DNA of 64,000 bases, taken from positions 729,333 through 793,332 of the forward strand of contig JAHDYR010000007.1 of the NCBI GenBank assembly GCA_019828565.1, in the 5' to 3' direction. Positions 1-9,759 of the stretch are shown here, piece by piece. This DNA comes from Carpediemonas membranifera BICM (lineage: Eukaryota; Protista; Fornicata). The notes beneath the pieces were generated by a model. It saw only the letters and a program-made list of their open reading frames with translations. It did no database searches and was not told where the DNA came from. Position numbers and translations under genes: made by a program. Numbering within the stretch: the first letter of the stretch is position 1; each line of letters opens with the position of its first letter.

Positions 1-1049
1 CGAGTTCTGACACGCGTAGGAACACGAACTGCACTGGACCCGGGCTTTGACTGATACTTTTCCCTGACGAAAGCAGCTTCTGTTGCCGAAGAGAGAGTCC
101 TCATCATCTCGGATGGCGCGAGGAGGCTGAGATAGTAAAGCGCACGTACACCTCACTGTCAGGTTAACTACTAGCTAAACGGATTTAGTCTGGTCAGACT
201 TCACTTGCCACCCAGCAGCATAAGCCCTCACTCCAACCATGCACTTTCCAGCAGAGTGGTTCAAGCGCCTTTGTATGTGCCACATTGTGCACCTAGACTC
301 CTCGCCGCAGTCTTCAGTTTTGAGGCACCCCTGCCAATTTCATCTGCCAGGGTCAAGTTTGGTCGCAGGGGAAGAGTGCCCTGCCTGAATCTCCGAAGGC
401 AAAAAGGAACGTAGGGGCGATGGTATCGGTCTACGGCAAGGTCTGAGATGATAGCTGCTTCGAGCCTGGAGTAGGGGCGGCGACAGAAATTGGCGGGACG
501 TCGAATTTTGAGGACGAAGTGGAAATCCGATGATTTAGAAGCTTGAGCTGCGGAAACGAACGCCGGGGCCTGCAAAGCGGTTTGCGAATGCAGGGACTAC
601 TGTCTCGTTTGTGATGGGTTGATGTCGGTCATTAGACGAATCAGAGCCGCCTGAGAGCGTGGCGACGGCCTTCTGGAGCCATGCTGATGGACTCCCGAGG
701 CTTTGGATGAATGTACTGCTTTGCTTATCGCCAAGAAGGTGCATCGATGAAGGTTGTGATGTTTTGACGCTGTTGCGTTCTCTTGCAACTTGATCGCGCC
801 CCGATCATCAGGCTAGATCTCGCCAAGATCAAAGTGCTGACATCCCGATATTCAGAGGGGCAATAGGCTATATATGCCCAACTAAGCCTGGCCAGCCCTT
901 GACTTTTGAGCCGAATCTCTGATCACGCTTACAGGACACAAAATAGCCCGCCTATTTCAAGCAATATCGCCCGACATCAATTCCCAGGCTACCCCAAAGC
1001 CACCACTAATCCTATAAACCTCAGCTCATTTACAGTGCTCCTTGCCCTC

Positions 1050-2591
1050 TCAGAAGTGGAACTCATCATCGTCTTCGAAGTCGAAGTCGTCGTCGCCATC
1101 ATAGTACGTCTTCAGCAGCTCATCCGCCCTGCTGGCGACGTCCAGCTTAGCATGGTGCGATAGGGCAGTCAGCCTGTCGTACCCGCCAGCGCTCTCGAAG
1201 TAGACTGCATATGTGTTGTTCAGCGTGGACGCCTCGAGCATGAAGACATTCTTAGCTGCGTCCAGCACGCTCACCAGGAGCGTGGTGTCCGCTGTGGGCT
1301 GACAGACCTTGGCCAGAGTCTCGAGGAACTCGTACTCCTGCACGGCGATGTCGATCGCCTCCTGCGTCGCGTTGCTCGTGAAGTTCAAGAGACACAATGC
1401 GGCCTCGCTCTTCACATCCGCGTCCGACTTGCGGAGGCACTGAATGATGATGGGGAGCAGGCCTTGCGCAAGGGCGGCGGCCATATGCTCCTCAGTCCCG
1501 GCAAAAATGTTCGAGATCGCCCAGAGAGACTCCCGCTGGATGCCGGAGTAGTCGCTCTGCAGCGAGTGCTCCAGGCCGGGCAGGACGCTGACATCGATCA
1601 GGTGGGTCACAAAGGCATCGTTATCTCCTGATGTAAGGTTGCCGATGATCGAAATGGCCCGCCGAGCGAGCTTGTTCACGCCATAAAGAAGCTGGATCAC
1701 GGGCTTAGCGAACCCTGCGTTGAGGACCGCACCGATATCCTCGTCGTCGCCACTCGAGAGATGCCCCACGGTGAGCAGGATGTCGTGCACGGCAGAGAGG
1801 GTCTGCTTGTCCATCGCCCGATGGTCCAGGTTGGTCAGGGCGGCGAACAGCTGCTGGTCGACCACGTGGCAGGCGTGGTGGAGCTTGACGGTCTCTGTTG
1901 TGCTCGTGGCAAGCCGTGCGATGGACCCGATCGCCCAAGCAACCGTGGAGGTGTGCTTGGGGACGCACTTGGGGTGAGCGAAGAGAGCGGCGAGGGAGGC
2001 TGGAACGCCGGATCGAATGAAGTCCTGGCGGTAGACATCGCCCTCGTTGGCGAAGTTGCCAAGACACCAGGCGGCCTGTATGGCGACGTCGAAATTGGGG
2101 GAAGTGAGGGTGCGCATCATCACTGGAATAGTGCCCGCGGTGATCACAAGCTGTGTGAACTCGTCGTTGCTGGCGAGGTTCGTTAACACCCAGGCGACCT
2201 CGACCTTGCCCCTGTCCGACGTCGTCTGGTCCAGGAAGGTGACCGCAGTGGGAACGATGCCCGTGTCCACTATAAGCTGGAAGATCTTGGTGGTGTTCTT
2301 GGCCGCGGCCTTGCGGAGGCTGAACGCACCCTTGAGTTGCTCCATGAGGTCGTTCGTGCGGAGTTGGTTCGCACAGAACATGAACTCCTCGGGCGTAGAT
2401 GGGACCATGCATGCGTCGAACATAGTCTCGTCAATAGACTCCTCGACGCCGTGGAAGTCCACACTCATTGAACTGCTCATCTTGTCGAAAGCGTTGTCCC
2501 TTTTCTTCTTCCGAATGCTGTCAAGCTCATTCGTACGGCTTCTACGCCCAGAAACAGCGTCAAAACCTTTCCTGACGTTATGGTCAGCCAT
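1050..2591 (-). CDS. Importin subunit alpha (karyopherin alpha)
   Basis: N-terminal IBB-like basic segment (RRSRTNELDSIRKKKRD) followed by ARM repeats (VAWVLTNLAS, AAWCLGNFA, ESLWAISNIFAG). The ATG at 2591 is the likely start; the longer ORF call runs into the adjacent mobile element. Confidence 0.93.
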   Translation of the reverse strand: MADHNVRKGFDAVSGRRSRTNELDSIRKKKRDNAFDKMSSSMSVDFHGVEESIDETMFDACMVPSTPEEFMFCANQLRTNDLMEQLKGAFSLRKAAAKNTTKIFQLIVDTGIVPTAVTFLDQTTSDRGKVEVAWVLTNLASNDEFTQLVITAGTIPVMMRTLTSPNFDVAIQAAWCLGNFANEGDVYRQDFIRSGVPASLAALFAHPKCVPKHTSTVAWAIGSIARLATSTTETVKLHHACHVVDQQLFAALTNLDHRAMDKQTLSAVHDILLTVGHLSSGDDEDIGAVLNAGFAKPVIQLLYGVNKLARRAISIIGNLTSGDNDAFVTHLIDVSVLPGLEHSLQSDYSGIQRESLWAISNIFAGTEEHMAAALAQGLLPIIIQCLRKSDADVKSEAALCLLNFTSNATQEAIDIAVQEYEFLETLAKVCQPTADTTLLVSVLDAAKNVFMLEASTLNNTYAVYFESAGGYDRLTALSHHAKLDVASRADELLKTYYDGDDDFDFEDDDEFHF

Positions 2592-2659
2592 ATCGGTAAG
2601 GAATGCCGATTCTTCGCACTTTAGTGACACCACATATGTGGTTGGACTGCCCACCTTTA

Positions 2660-2685
2660 GACTCAACAATTCTAATCCTGCGCAG
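2660..2685 (+). repeat. Left terminal direct repeat GACTCAACAATTCTAATCCTGCGCAG (copy A)
   Basis: Identical 26-mer at 2660, 4017, 43587 and 45862. Confidence 0.95.
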
Positions 2686-3053
2686 GCCACTACCTCCACT
2701 CACCCACTTCAGCCCTCGTCTGTACCATCGGGCTTTCGTGCTTTCAGTCGTCGGTCTGCACGAAAAGATGCGTCGTCTGTCGTCCATCGTCTGTGTCTAA
2801 CGCTGCTGTCATCTTTCGCGTCTGTGCTCGTCTGTTACGCGCTCATCTTCCGTCCATTGCCGGTGTCTGAAGCTCATGACGTCGTCTTCGTCATCTTCGT
2901 CTGTTGTGAGAGACACTAGTGGTGGAAAGCGGTTGTAGCTAGTAGTAAAGACGCTTTGTGCTGCATGATGCTGGTTTCTTGTGTTTTGAGGGATGCTGCT
3001 AGCTGATGAACCCTGAAAAGAAATGATCGATGCAGGCAGCTCAATATACTCCG

Positions 3054-4060
3054 ATGCCTTCCAAGATATACACGGTGAAGGCTTCCGTTAACAAGGCCAT
3101 TGGCGAGATTAACGTAACGTGACGGTTTGAGTGGGTCGCGAGAAATACCGTGGCGGTCGGGTGGCTGACCGGCCCACGTACAAAAAGGGTAGCAGCAACA
3201 AGCGCTCGGTCAGGATGACGCCGAGGCTACTCCTGCCCCGGACATTCAAGCTCTCATGGGCTTCGACCCTGGTGCTCGGTCGCTGGACGGCTACACGATC
3301 CGCCGCCCAGACGGGCAGAGTGTATCTGGCGAACTCGCTAAGTGTGGCTACACTGCCACCCCCTCTTTCCGCGTGAATATGAGCGCAGCATCGTTCAAAA
3401 CGACAAGTCTAGAGGCTCTCAAACAGTCGATTAGGTTTGTCCATGAGAACATCGTTCAGATCATCAACGAGGGGACGAGAAAGTGTTTCCGCCGGGCGAC
3501 TTTTGCCAATCACTGTCTGCGCCTGAAGCACTTCGCCCGGGCTGGACGTCAACTCCTGGATGATCTCGGCGGGCGCCCCCCGGAGCCTTCACCTCGAAGT
3601 CGCGTATGGGGCACTGTTCGGTTCTGCCGGCACTCCCTCGTGTGCTCCGTACCGCCACTTTGCTCGAGCTCTTCCTGGCATCATGCTCCGGCACAACGTC
3701 GTCGTGAGTGTCACGATGGTCTCGGAATTCCGCACTTCCATCGTGTGCCCATACTGCAAAGTACACTTCAGACGTGTGGTGCACACACACCGCACCATGC
3801 TCTGCCAGAATCCCGCGTGCGAGGGAGCTCCATGGCGCGTTGAACGGCTACGTCGGCATCCCGAGCAGAGAGACATACTTCTCAATCTCTCTCACCGAGA
3901 TAAGAGCGCCAGCGAGAACATCCTTTGGTGCACCTTCGATGCAACTTCAGATCGATTGATAGAGTATGATAAACCACACTGCGATCCTGATGCTGCTTGG
4001 ATCACTGTCTGTTCTGGACTCAACAATTCTAATCCTGCGCAGCACAACATGTGCTATTGA
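3054..4060 (+). pseudogene. Fanzor1 (TnpB-like RuvC nuclease) pseudogene, N-terminal region deleted
   Basis: RuvC-I GFDPG, VAYGxLF, RuvC-II/Zn-finger EFRTSIVCPYC...CQNPAC and RuvC-III HRDKSASENI, spread over several frames. Confidence 0.88.
4017..4042 (+). repeat. Right terminal direct repeat (copy A), followed by the terminal CACAAC
   Basis: Identical to the left repeat. Identity with copy B stops after CACAAC (4048). Confidence 0.95.
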
Positions 4061-4084
4061 ATGAATAAATCGATAAGGCTCGTT

Positions 4085-5999
4085 GGGTCGAACAATGTGT
4101 TTACACTGCGCAACACTGCCCTTTCTCCCTCCTACTCACGTCTTAAGTCGGCAGGGAGATCGTCTTCTCCAGGGCTTCCACAAAGCGTCTTCTTCGTGGA
4201 CGTCAGCACAGCTGCAAACATCACAATCGCTCACACGTCGTCTCATTGTCTTCTATTCCACATTAAATTCACTTCTACACTTGTATAGGCTGGTAATGGT
4301 GTTCATCGTCGCATGCTCATGGCTCATCGTATCGTCGTATGGATTGAGTCCCAGTCTCCGGGCGTGGTTCACCCGATACGCCAACTCTGTGAAGCTGTGG
4401 CTCGCCCGCACAGTGAAGACGTACCGTGACAGGCTACAGGGCAGCCTCGCCCGACTCGAAGAGGCTCTCGCAGGTGTTGGCTCTCCGGCCTTCTTCCAGC
4501 AGGAGTTGGCCGGCATTCACGCCATCCTCAACATGGTCAACCCTGTGATCCTCGCGTGTCTCCCCTCGCTGTTCTGGGCGGCTCACATGGGTGAGAACGA
4601 CGGGCTCCCAGTCTCCGAGGCTGCCCCACGCATTCTCTCTTGTGTCTGGGCAATTGCTGACGGAGTGGAGACGTTGAGTGGCCTCATCAGCCACTTCAAC
4701 GGGGAGTACTCGATGTCGCTCCGCCAGCCTCGCCTCGTGCCGATCGTGCCCATGGCCCCCGTCCGACCGGGCTTCATGGCCTACAGTGAAACGATGGGCC
4801 TACTGAACGGGAACTTCTGTCATCGTGTGGGAATTAATCCCACACTCCCACACGCCACCAAACCGTTGACAGAAGAGCAGGAGGAACTATACCAGAACAA
4901 CCCCAGGTCAATGGGCCGTCTGCTCAGCCTGAGCACCGATGGGGTCTGTGTGGCGGTGACGATTAAGAGAGGCTTCGGCCACTTTCGGCCACAGCATGAT
5001 GCGAGCATGGCTGTTCGAAAGCGAGCGAAAGGGCGGGAGAAAGAGCGCCCCCGACTCGGGGCCAATAATGCCGATGCTCCGCTCGCGCCGGATCCTGATG
5101 CCCACCTCATGGGGTTCGACCCCCCCGGGCGCGAGGTCCATCGGAGGGTATTACATCAGGCACCCCGATGGCTCCACCAGCTCCGGCGTCCTTCCAAAGT
5201 GCGGATACACTAAGACGCCAAGTTTCGGCTTTGATATGACGGCCACGTCGTTCAAGAGCACAAGACTAGTGAGTATCAACAACTCTATTAGGTTTGTGCT
5301 GGACAACGCGAACGACATTTTCGAGGCTGGAATGTGTAAGTCTTTCCGCTGAGTGCGCTTTGCGAACCACATCCTTCGCCCGCTGCGGCCAACAGTTGGC
5401 TCGGGAGTTCGGTTGGCGTCGCCACCATCCCATCGCCACCCCCATTCGCCTGAAAGTCTTCTACGGGAGCTCGGAATTCACCACGCCTGCTGGTATGTTC
5501 ATTCCTTGCGCGCCATATCGAAAGTTCGCGAGAGAGATAGTTCCCCTTCTCAAGGGGTATAACATTGTCGTCGATCTTAACATGGTTGACGAGGACCGCA
5601 CCACCGTCGTCTGCCCTCACTGCCACGCCCCCTACAAGCGAGTTCGTCCGCGTGATGACCAGCACGTTCACCCACATCGTGTGATGCTCTGCGAAAATCC
5701 ACAGTGCCGTGGTGCTCAGTGGCGCGCAACAGTTCCTGATGCTCTGAATGTTGATCATCGGGACAAAAGTGCTGCAGAGAACATCCTGTGGCGTTCTCTT
5801 GCCACGGAAGATGAGCTCAGTGGCTCTCCGTTCAGTCGCACATCGATCCCACGTCTTCAAACATCATTCCGGTATCATCAATTGGCTAACCGAACCTAAC
5901 ATTCGTCTACGGACGGATGATGTTGTACAGTTTGGCACTTTGATCGTTCCTTTCAGGCCCTGTCTAGAGGTTCAAAAAATGTTTATACTGCGCAACAAC
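4085..5999 (+). mobile_element. Divergent Fanzor1 element (copy C), degraded
   Basis: Fragmented ORF with PIVPMAPVRPGF, STDGVCVAVTI, GFDP, VFYGSSEF, DEDRTTVVCPHC, CENPQC and HRDKSAAENI. Imperfect terminal direct repeats TGTTTACACTGCGCAACA (4098-4115) and TGTTTATACTGCGCAACA (5980-5997); ends in CAAC. Boundaries are inferred by analogy with copies A/B. Confidence 0.8.
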
Positions 6000-6106
6000 A
6001 TATTGAACGATTTACGTGTCTGTTTCATGTGAGAATAAACCAGTTAATGGAACCGCATGATTTACTCAGTATGGCGCGGCAAATATGTGTTCAGCATAGT
6101 ATTACT

Positions 6107-7081
6107 TCACTTTGGCGAGGGTCTGAGGGCGTTCTGTACCGCCCGGACATGCTCCGCCACGACTCGGTACTGCCTCACAAACAGGTGCAAGAACGAGTAC
6201 TGCCCGACAGTCTGGACCATCAGCGGGTTCCTCTGGCTCCTGAGCTTGGCCACCATGGCCTTCACGTCGAACTCAGCCTCGAGAGGGAACGGGTCGGCCC
6301 TGAATCGCCGGATAATCTCCCGGACGAGCACGTATGTGCCTGTACGCCCGACGCCAGCACTACAGTGGACGGCTTGACACGGTTTGGCGCCTTTGTGGCA
6401 GCCCTGTCGGCCCAGCCTAGTGTGGTGCGCGTCGGCAATCCCAACCAGGTTGGCGAGCTTCTCCCCGTCGGGGACGTCGCAGTCAGGCCAGCCTAGGAAC
6501 TGAACCTGGCATATTTCTCGGGATCGTCCTCTGAAGGTGACGCTCATCCTTCGTACGAGAATGTCGCCGAGAATGAAGTGGTCGCGGATCAGCTTCACAG
6601 TAATGACCTCTGACCCGATCGGGAGCTCCAGCGGGGTGTTTCGGGACTCTGGCCAGTACCTAGAGGCCTTCTCCTTGCCGCCTTCCTCAACAGCTGTGAG
6701 CATCACCACAACGGTGATGTGTTCAGCCAAGAGCATCAGCCAGAACTTTGCATGCTCGGTGGGGATGTCTAGGGGGGCTTGGCAGCAGACATAGCTGTCA
6801 TCTAGCTGGACTTTCGAGGCGTTAATATAGTCTGATGGAGAAGGCTCTGGCAAAACCACGCGAGTGGAGTCCAAGGGGAGAGCGTTCAGGTAGCGGTTGG
6901 TATCAACGTTCTCATCCGCATGCGCTGCTGTGTACTTCCTGCTGCTGTACGAATTGTTCATATAGTCTTGTTCCATCAGCTTCGTGAACTCCTTTGTGTA
7001 TCGCTGCCTGTCTTCAGTGGAAATACTGTAGCCATCAGCTCTATAGGGGAATGGGCCGAAGATTTTAGCCCATCCACTCAT
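6107..7081 (-). CDS. Classical protein-tyrosine phosphatase
   Basis: NRY, DYINAS, WPD loop, HCSAGVGRTG catalytic motif and Q loop (MVQTVGQY). Confidence 0.95.
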   Translation of the reverse strand: MSGWAKIFGPFPYRADGYSISTEDRQRYTKEFTKLMEQDYMNNSYSSRKYTAAHADENVDTNRYLNALPLDSTRVVLPEPSPSDYINASKVQLDDSYVCCQAPLDIPTEHAKFWLMLLAEHITVVVMLTAVEEGGKEKASRYWPESRNTPLELPIGSEVITVKLIRDHFILGDILVRRMSVTFRGRSREICQVQFLGWPDCDVPDGEKLANLVGIADAHHTRLGRQGCHKGAKPCQAVHCSAGVGRTGTYVLVREIIRRFRADPFPLEAEFDVKAMVAKLRSQRNPLMVQTVGQYSFLHLFVRQYRVVAEHVRAVQNALRPSPK

Positions 7082-7258
7082 GTTTCACAAATGTTGTTTT
7101 GGAGCGCGTTTCTGGCCAATTGTTGGCGCGGAAAAAGTGAGACTAAACGTCTGTCCGAGGCAGTATGGGCGCGTGTAGACTCCAGTTACTCCCGCCCTGG
7201 GCCATTTTGGCCTCTTTTCCGGTTGTGCAGGAAAAAAACTGAGTGAGCGCCAAGGAGC

Positions 7259-8770
7259 ATGTCTGAAGCTGCTGAGAGCGCTGGGCCCAACGTGGACACG
7301 ATTCCACACACGTTGTGCTCTTGCTACTCCCGTTCAATGATCGATAAGGCAATAGTCGATCAAATTGCCCGAGTTGTGCTGGGCGTCCACTATGCTCATG
7401 ACAAGGACGCCAGCATGCTTGAGGAGTCCATCCGAAGCACTTATCAGTCCGCAGTAGCGCATGATGTGGCATGCTGCGCCAAGTGCGGCGTCTTTTTGAA
7501 CAAGAACAAGATGTCTTCCCACGCAAAGAAGAAGAAACACACCCGTATCATCACATTCACTGGCTACGTACGCTGCCTAGTGTGCGGCAGAAGCACCCGC
7601 GACCCAGAAATCCAGTCAATATGCTCTGCTCTCGAGCGCCGCATCCGCCACGCCTACGTCCAGCGCCTTGCACCGTCCACTCTGCCTACCCCCCTCTTCT
7701 CCCACGTCCAGGCCGACGTGGACGAGAACAGACACGACCCCAGAGTCCCACCCGCAGTTTTAGACCACTGCAGCCAAATCTCGGTCACATCCGTCATGGG
7801 AGGCCGGCCCGACGTGCGCGGGGTGGTGAACCTCGGCCTCACGTGCTACTTCAGCAGTGTGATCTGTATTCTCGTCCATAACCCCCATCTCCGCGCCATG
7901 ATTCTCGGCGGGGCTCTTGCCCCCAGCGAGAGCATGCATCCCTCCCACATGCGGACTGTCAAGCCGACCTCGTTCACGGCAGCGTTCAGCAAGCTCGCGT
8001 GCCAGATGTACCGCCCGCCCAGCCCCCCAACCGCTGTGATTCCGGCCGAGTTCCTCACGTCGTTCTGGTCACTGCCCACCGTCTGCGCCATCCGCAACGG
8101 CGAGCAGCAGGACGCACACGAGGTGCTGCTCCACTCCCTGAACGCCATACACGCTGACCTAGGCGGTACAAGCGCGGTCAACTGCCACTGCGCGATCCAT
8201 TCTCTCTTCGGCGGCGTCATCCAGACAGCGACGTACTGCAGCAAGTGCGGCCTCGTCGTCCAGCGGAACTTCGAGCCGTTCCTGATCACGTCGGTGCCAG
8301 TGCCGCCTGGCAAGGACCCGTCGCTGCTCGGTGCTCTTGGCGTGCTCATGCAGGGGCAGAACGCACCGGGCAAGTGCCCCGGCGAGGGGTGCCCCTCGAC
8401 CTCCCTGGTCCGCAAGAGCGAGCTGTACAAGCTCCCCCGTACCTTCATCATGCACATCAAACTATTCGAACTCACGTCATCCCGCGTCCGGAAGAACGCG
8501 GCCACCGTCAAGTTCCCCCTCGAACTATGCCCCTCGGCAGACATATCCCCCGCCCACTCCCCCGCGGCCGACGGGATCGTATATGACCTCCAGGCAGTGA
8601 TTGTGCACGTCGGGACCCGCATGGACTCGGGCCACTACATCACATACGTCCTGGTACGAGGTAAGTGGCACCTGATCGACGACAGCACCGTGACCGTGGT
8701 GGACATCAGCACAGTGCTCGCTGTGTCCCCGTATCTGCTGGTATATGTGCTCAGAGAGGGCGTTTGTTGA
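7259..8770 (+). CDS. Ubiquitin-specific protease (peptidase C19; USP22/Ubp8-like layout)
   Basis: Cys box GVVNLGLTCYFSSV, QQDAHE and His box HVGTRMDSGHYITY; Cys/His-rich N-terminus. The start may instead be 7337. Confidence 0.9.
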   Translation: MSEAAESAGPNVDTIPHTLCSCYSRSMIDKAIVDQIARVVLGVHYAHDKDASMLEESIRSTYQSAVAHDVACCAKCGVFLNKNKMSSHAKKKKHTRIITFTGYVRCLVCGRSTRDPEIQSICSALERRIRHAYVQRLAPSTLPTPLFSHVQADVDENRHDPRVPPAVLDHCSQISVTSVMGGRPDVRGVVNLGLTCYFSSVICILVHNPHLRAMILGGALAPSESMHPSHMRTVKPTSFTAAFSKLACQMYRPPSPPTAVIPAEFLTSFWSLPTVCAIRNGEQQDAHEVLLHSLNAIHADLGGTSAVNCHCAIHSLFGGVIQTATYCSKCGLVVQRNFEPFLITSVPVPPGKDPSLLGALGVLMQGQNAPGKCPGEGCPSTSLVRKSELYKLPRTFIMHIKLFELTSSRVRKNAATVKFPLELCPSADISPAHSPAADGIVYDLQAVIVHVGTRMDSGHYITYVLVRGKWHLIDDSTVTVVDISTVLAVSPYLLVYVLREGVC

Positions 8771-9060
8771 GTGCAGTTTATGGCATGAGATCAGCGATGT
8801 TGTACTATTAGTGAATGCAAGTGACAGTAGTAGTTTGTAAAGAACGTGGCCAATCGCCGTTACACACGCCTCCATGCCCCCTTTACCAGCCCACACTAGC
8901 AACACAAGGTCTGGATTTGTTCGATTCGAAGGTGCTGCCGATTGTACTAGACACGAATAAATACGTAAAGCTTTACATTCTCAGTCGATTATGAGGTCAC
9001 CGCCGGTAAGATGGGCTCGGGCGTCCAACCCCACCGCTGAGCATCTCGAGTCTGGCCTAA

Positions 9061-9723
9061 TCACTCGAACCACTCGTCGACATCGTATGTAAACCCGTAC
9101 TCCTCAGCTGTGAACGCCTCTTCGACCTCGGCAAATCTCTCTTGCCTGGCTTCCGTGGGACCCGGGCGTGTCGTATCGCGCTTCTCATTGCGGCGTTCGA
9201 GCTCTTCTACGACTTCGGGCATGGGGGCGATGTTCTTGTTTCCGCACAGTGTGATGTGCTTCTCGAGTGTTGGCCGGCTGACGTTGCGTGGGAAGTTCGG
9301 ACTGCGGACAATGGCGCAACGGTCTGTTGAATGATCTGTAGCACCGGCATGGAAGCGGCAGCCGCGCTCAGTCTTCTCGATCTTAGCCTTGGGAACATAG
9401 AGCTTGGGTGTGCTCTTTGAGACGGCGGTGCTTTTGCTTGCGTAATCAGCGGCATCCTCATTTGTTTCGTTCAAGAACTGATCGATCATGATGTTAGCCT
9501 TTTCAACAACAAGGCTGCGAAGCTGAGCTTTCCACTGCAGCGGGGTCTCCATTACACCAGTTTCAAGCAGCTTCGAATTCGCTGTCTCGATAGCATCGAT
9601 GGCTGCTCGAATTTTCTCTAATTTCTGATCAAGGCCGCTATTCATCAAACGTTGGTTTCTAGCAGCTTGTTCTTCGGTTCTTACCCGTTTGGCGTTGCTT
9701 CGACAGCAATACATGCTGTCCAC
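9061..9723 (-). CDS. Hypothetical protein with coiled coil and CxxH-x5-H-x4-C knuckle (gag-like)
   Basis: 220-aa ORF containing the motif CRFHAGATDHSTDRC. Confidence 0.45.
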   Translation of the reverse strand: MDSMYCCRSNAKRVRTEEQAARNQRLMNSGLDQKLEKIRAAIDAIETANSKLLETGVMETPLQWKAQLRSLVVEKANIMIDQFLNETNEDAADYASKSTAVSKSTPKLYVPKAKIEKTERGCRFHAGATDHSTDRCAIVRSPNFPRNVSRPTLEKHITLCGNKNIAPMPEVVEELERRNEKRDTTRPGPTEARQERFAEVEEAFTAEEYGFTYDVDEWFE

Positions 9724-9759
9724 ATAAACCGTAAATCAAATCGCAGTTTAAAGATACAC

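Larger units (their letters stand above)
2660..4048 (+). mobile_element. Fanzor1 element, internally deleted copy (copy A)
   Basis: Near-identical to 43587-45893 except that ~921 bp (44042-44962 of copy B) is replaced by TAAC at 3115-3118. Has a 26-bp direct repeat at both ends. The flanks are unrelated to those of copy B apart from the upstream TTTA. Confidence 0.9.

Noticed and set aside
1-1040. Possible gene at the window start
   Set aside because: Only short ORFs without recognisable motifs; no call can be supported.
2592-2699. N-terminal extension of importin-alpha (and 45811-45927 extension of the Afi1-like ORF)
   Set aside because: These are ORF-caller run-ons into the mobile element ends from non-ATG or element-internal starts.
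2660-4042. 26-bp direct repeats as a target-site duplication or CRISPR repeats
   Set aside because: The same 26-mer bounds both copies at unrelated loci and the right one lies inside the element (followed by the shared CACAAC), so it is element sequence. There are only two repeats per element, more than 1 kb apart, with no array and no cas genes.
4049-4070. Resemblance between the 3' flanks of copy A (TATTGAATGAATA) and copy C (TATTGAACGATTT)
   Set aside because: The match is short, AT-rich, offset by 5 nt and absent from the flank of copy B; likely chance.
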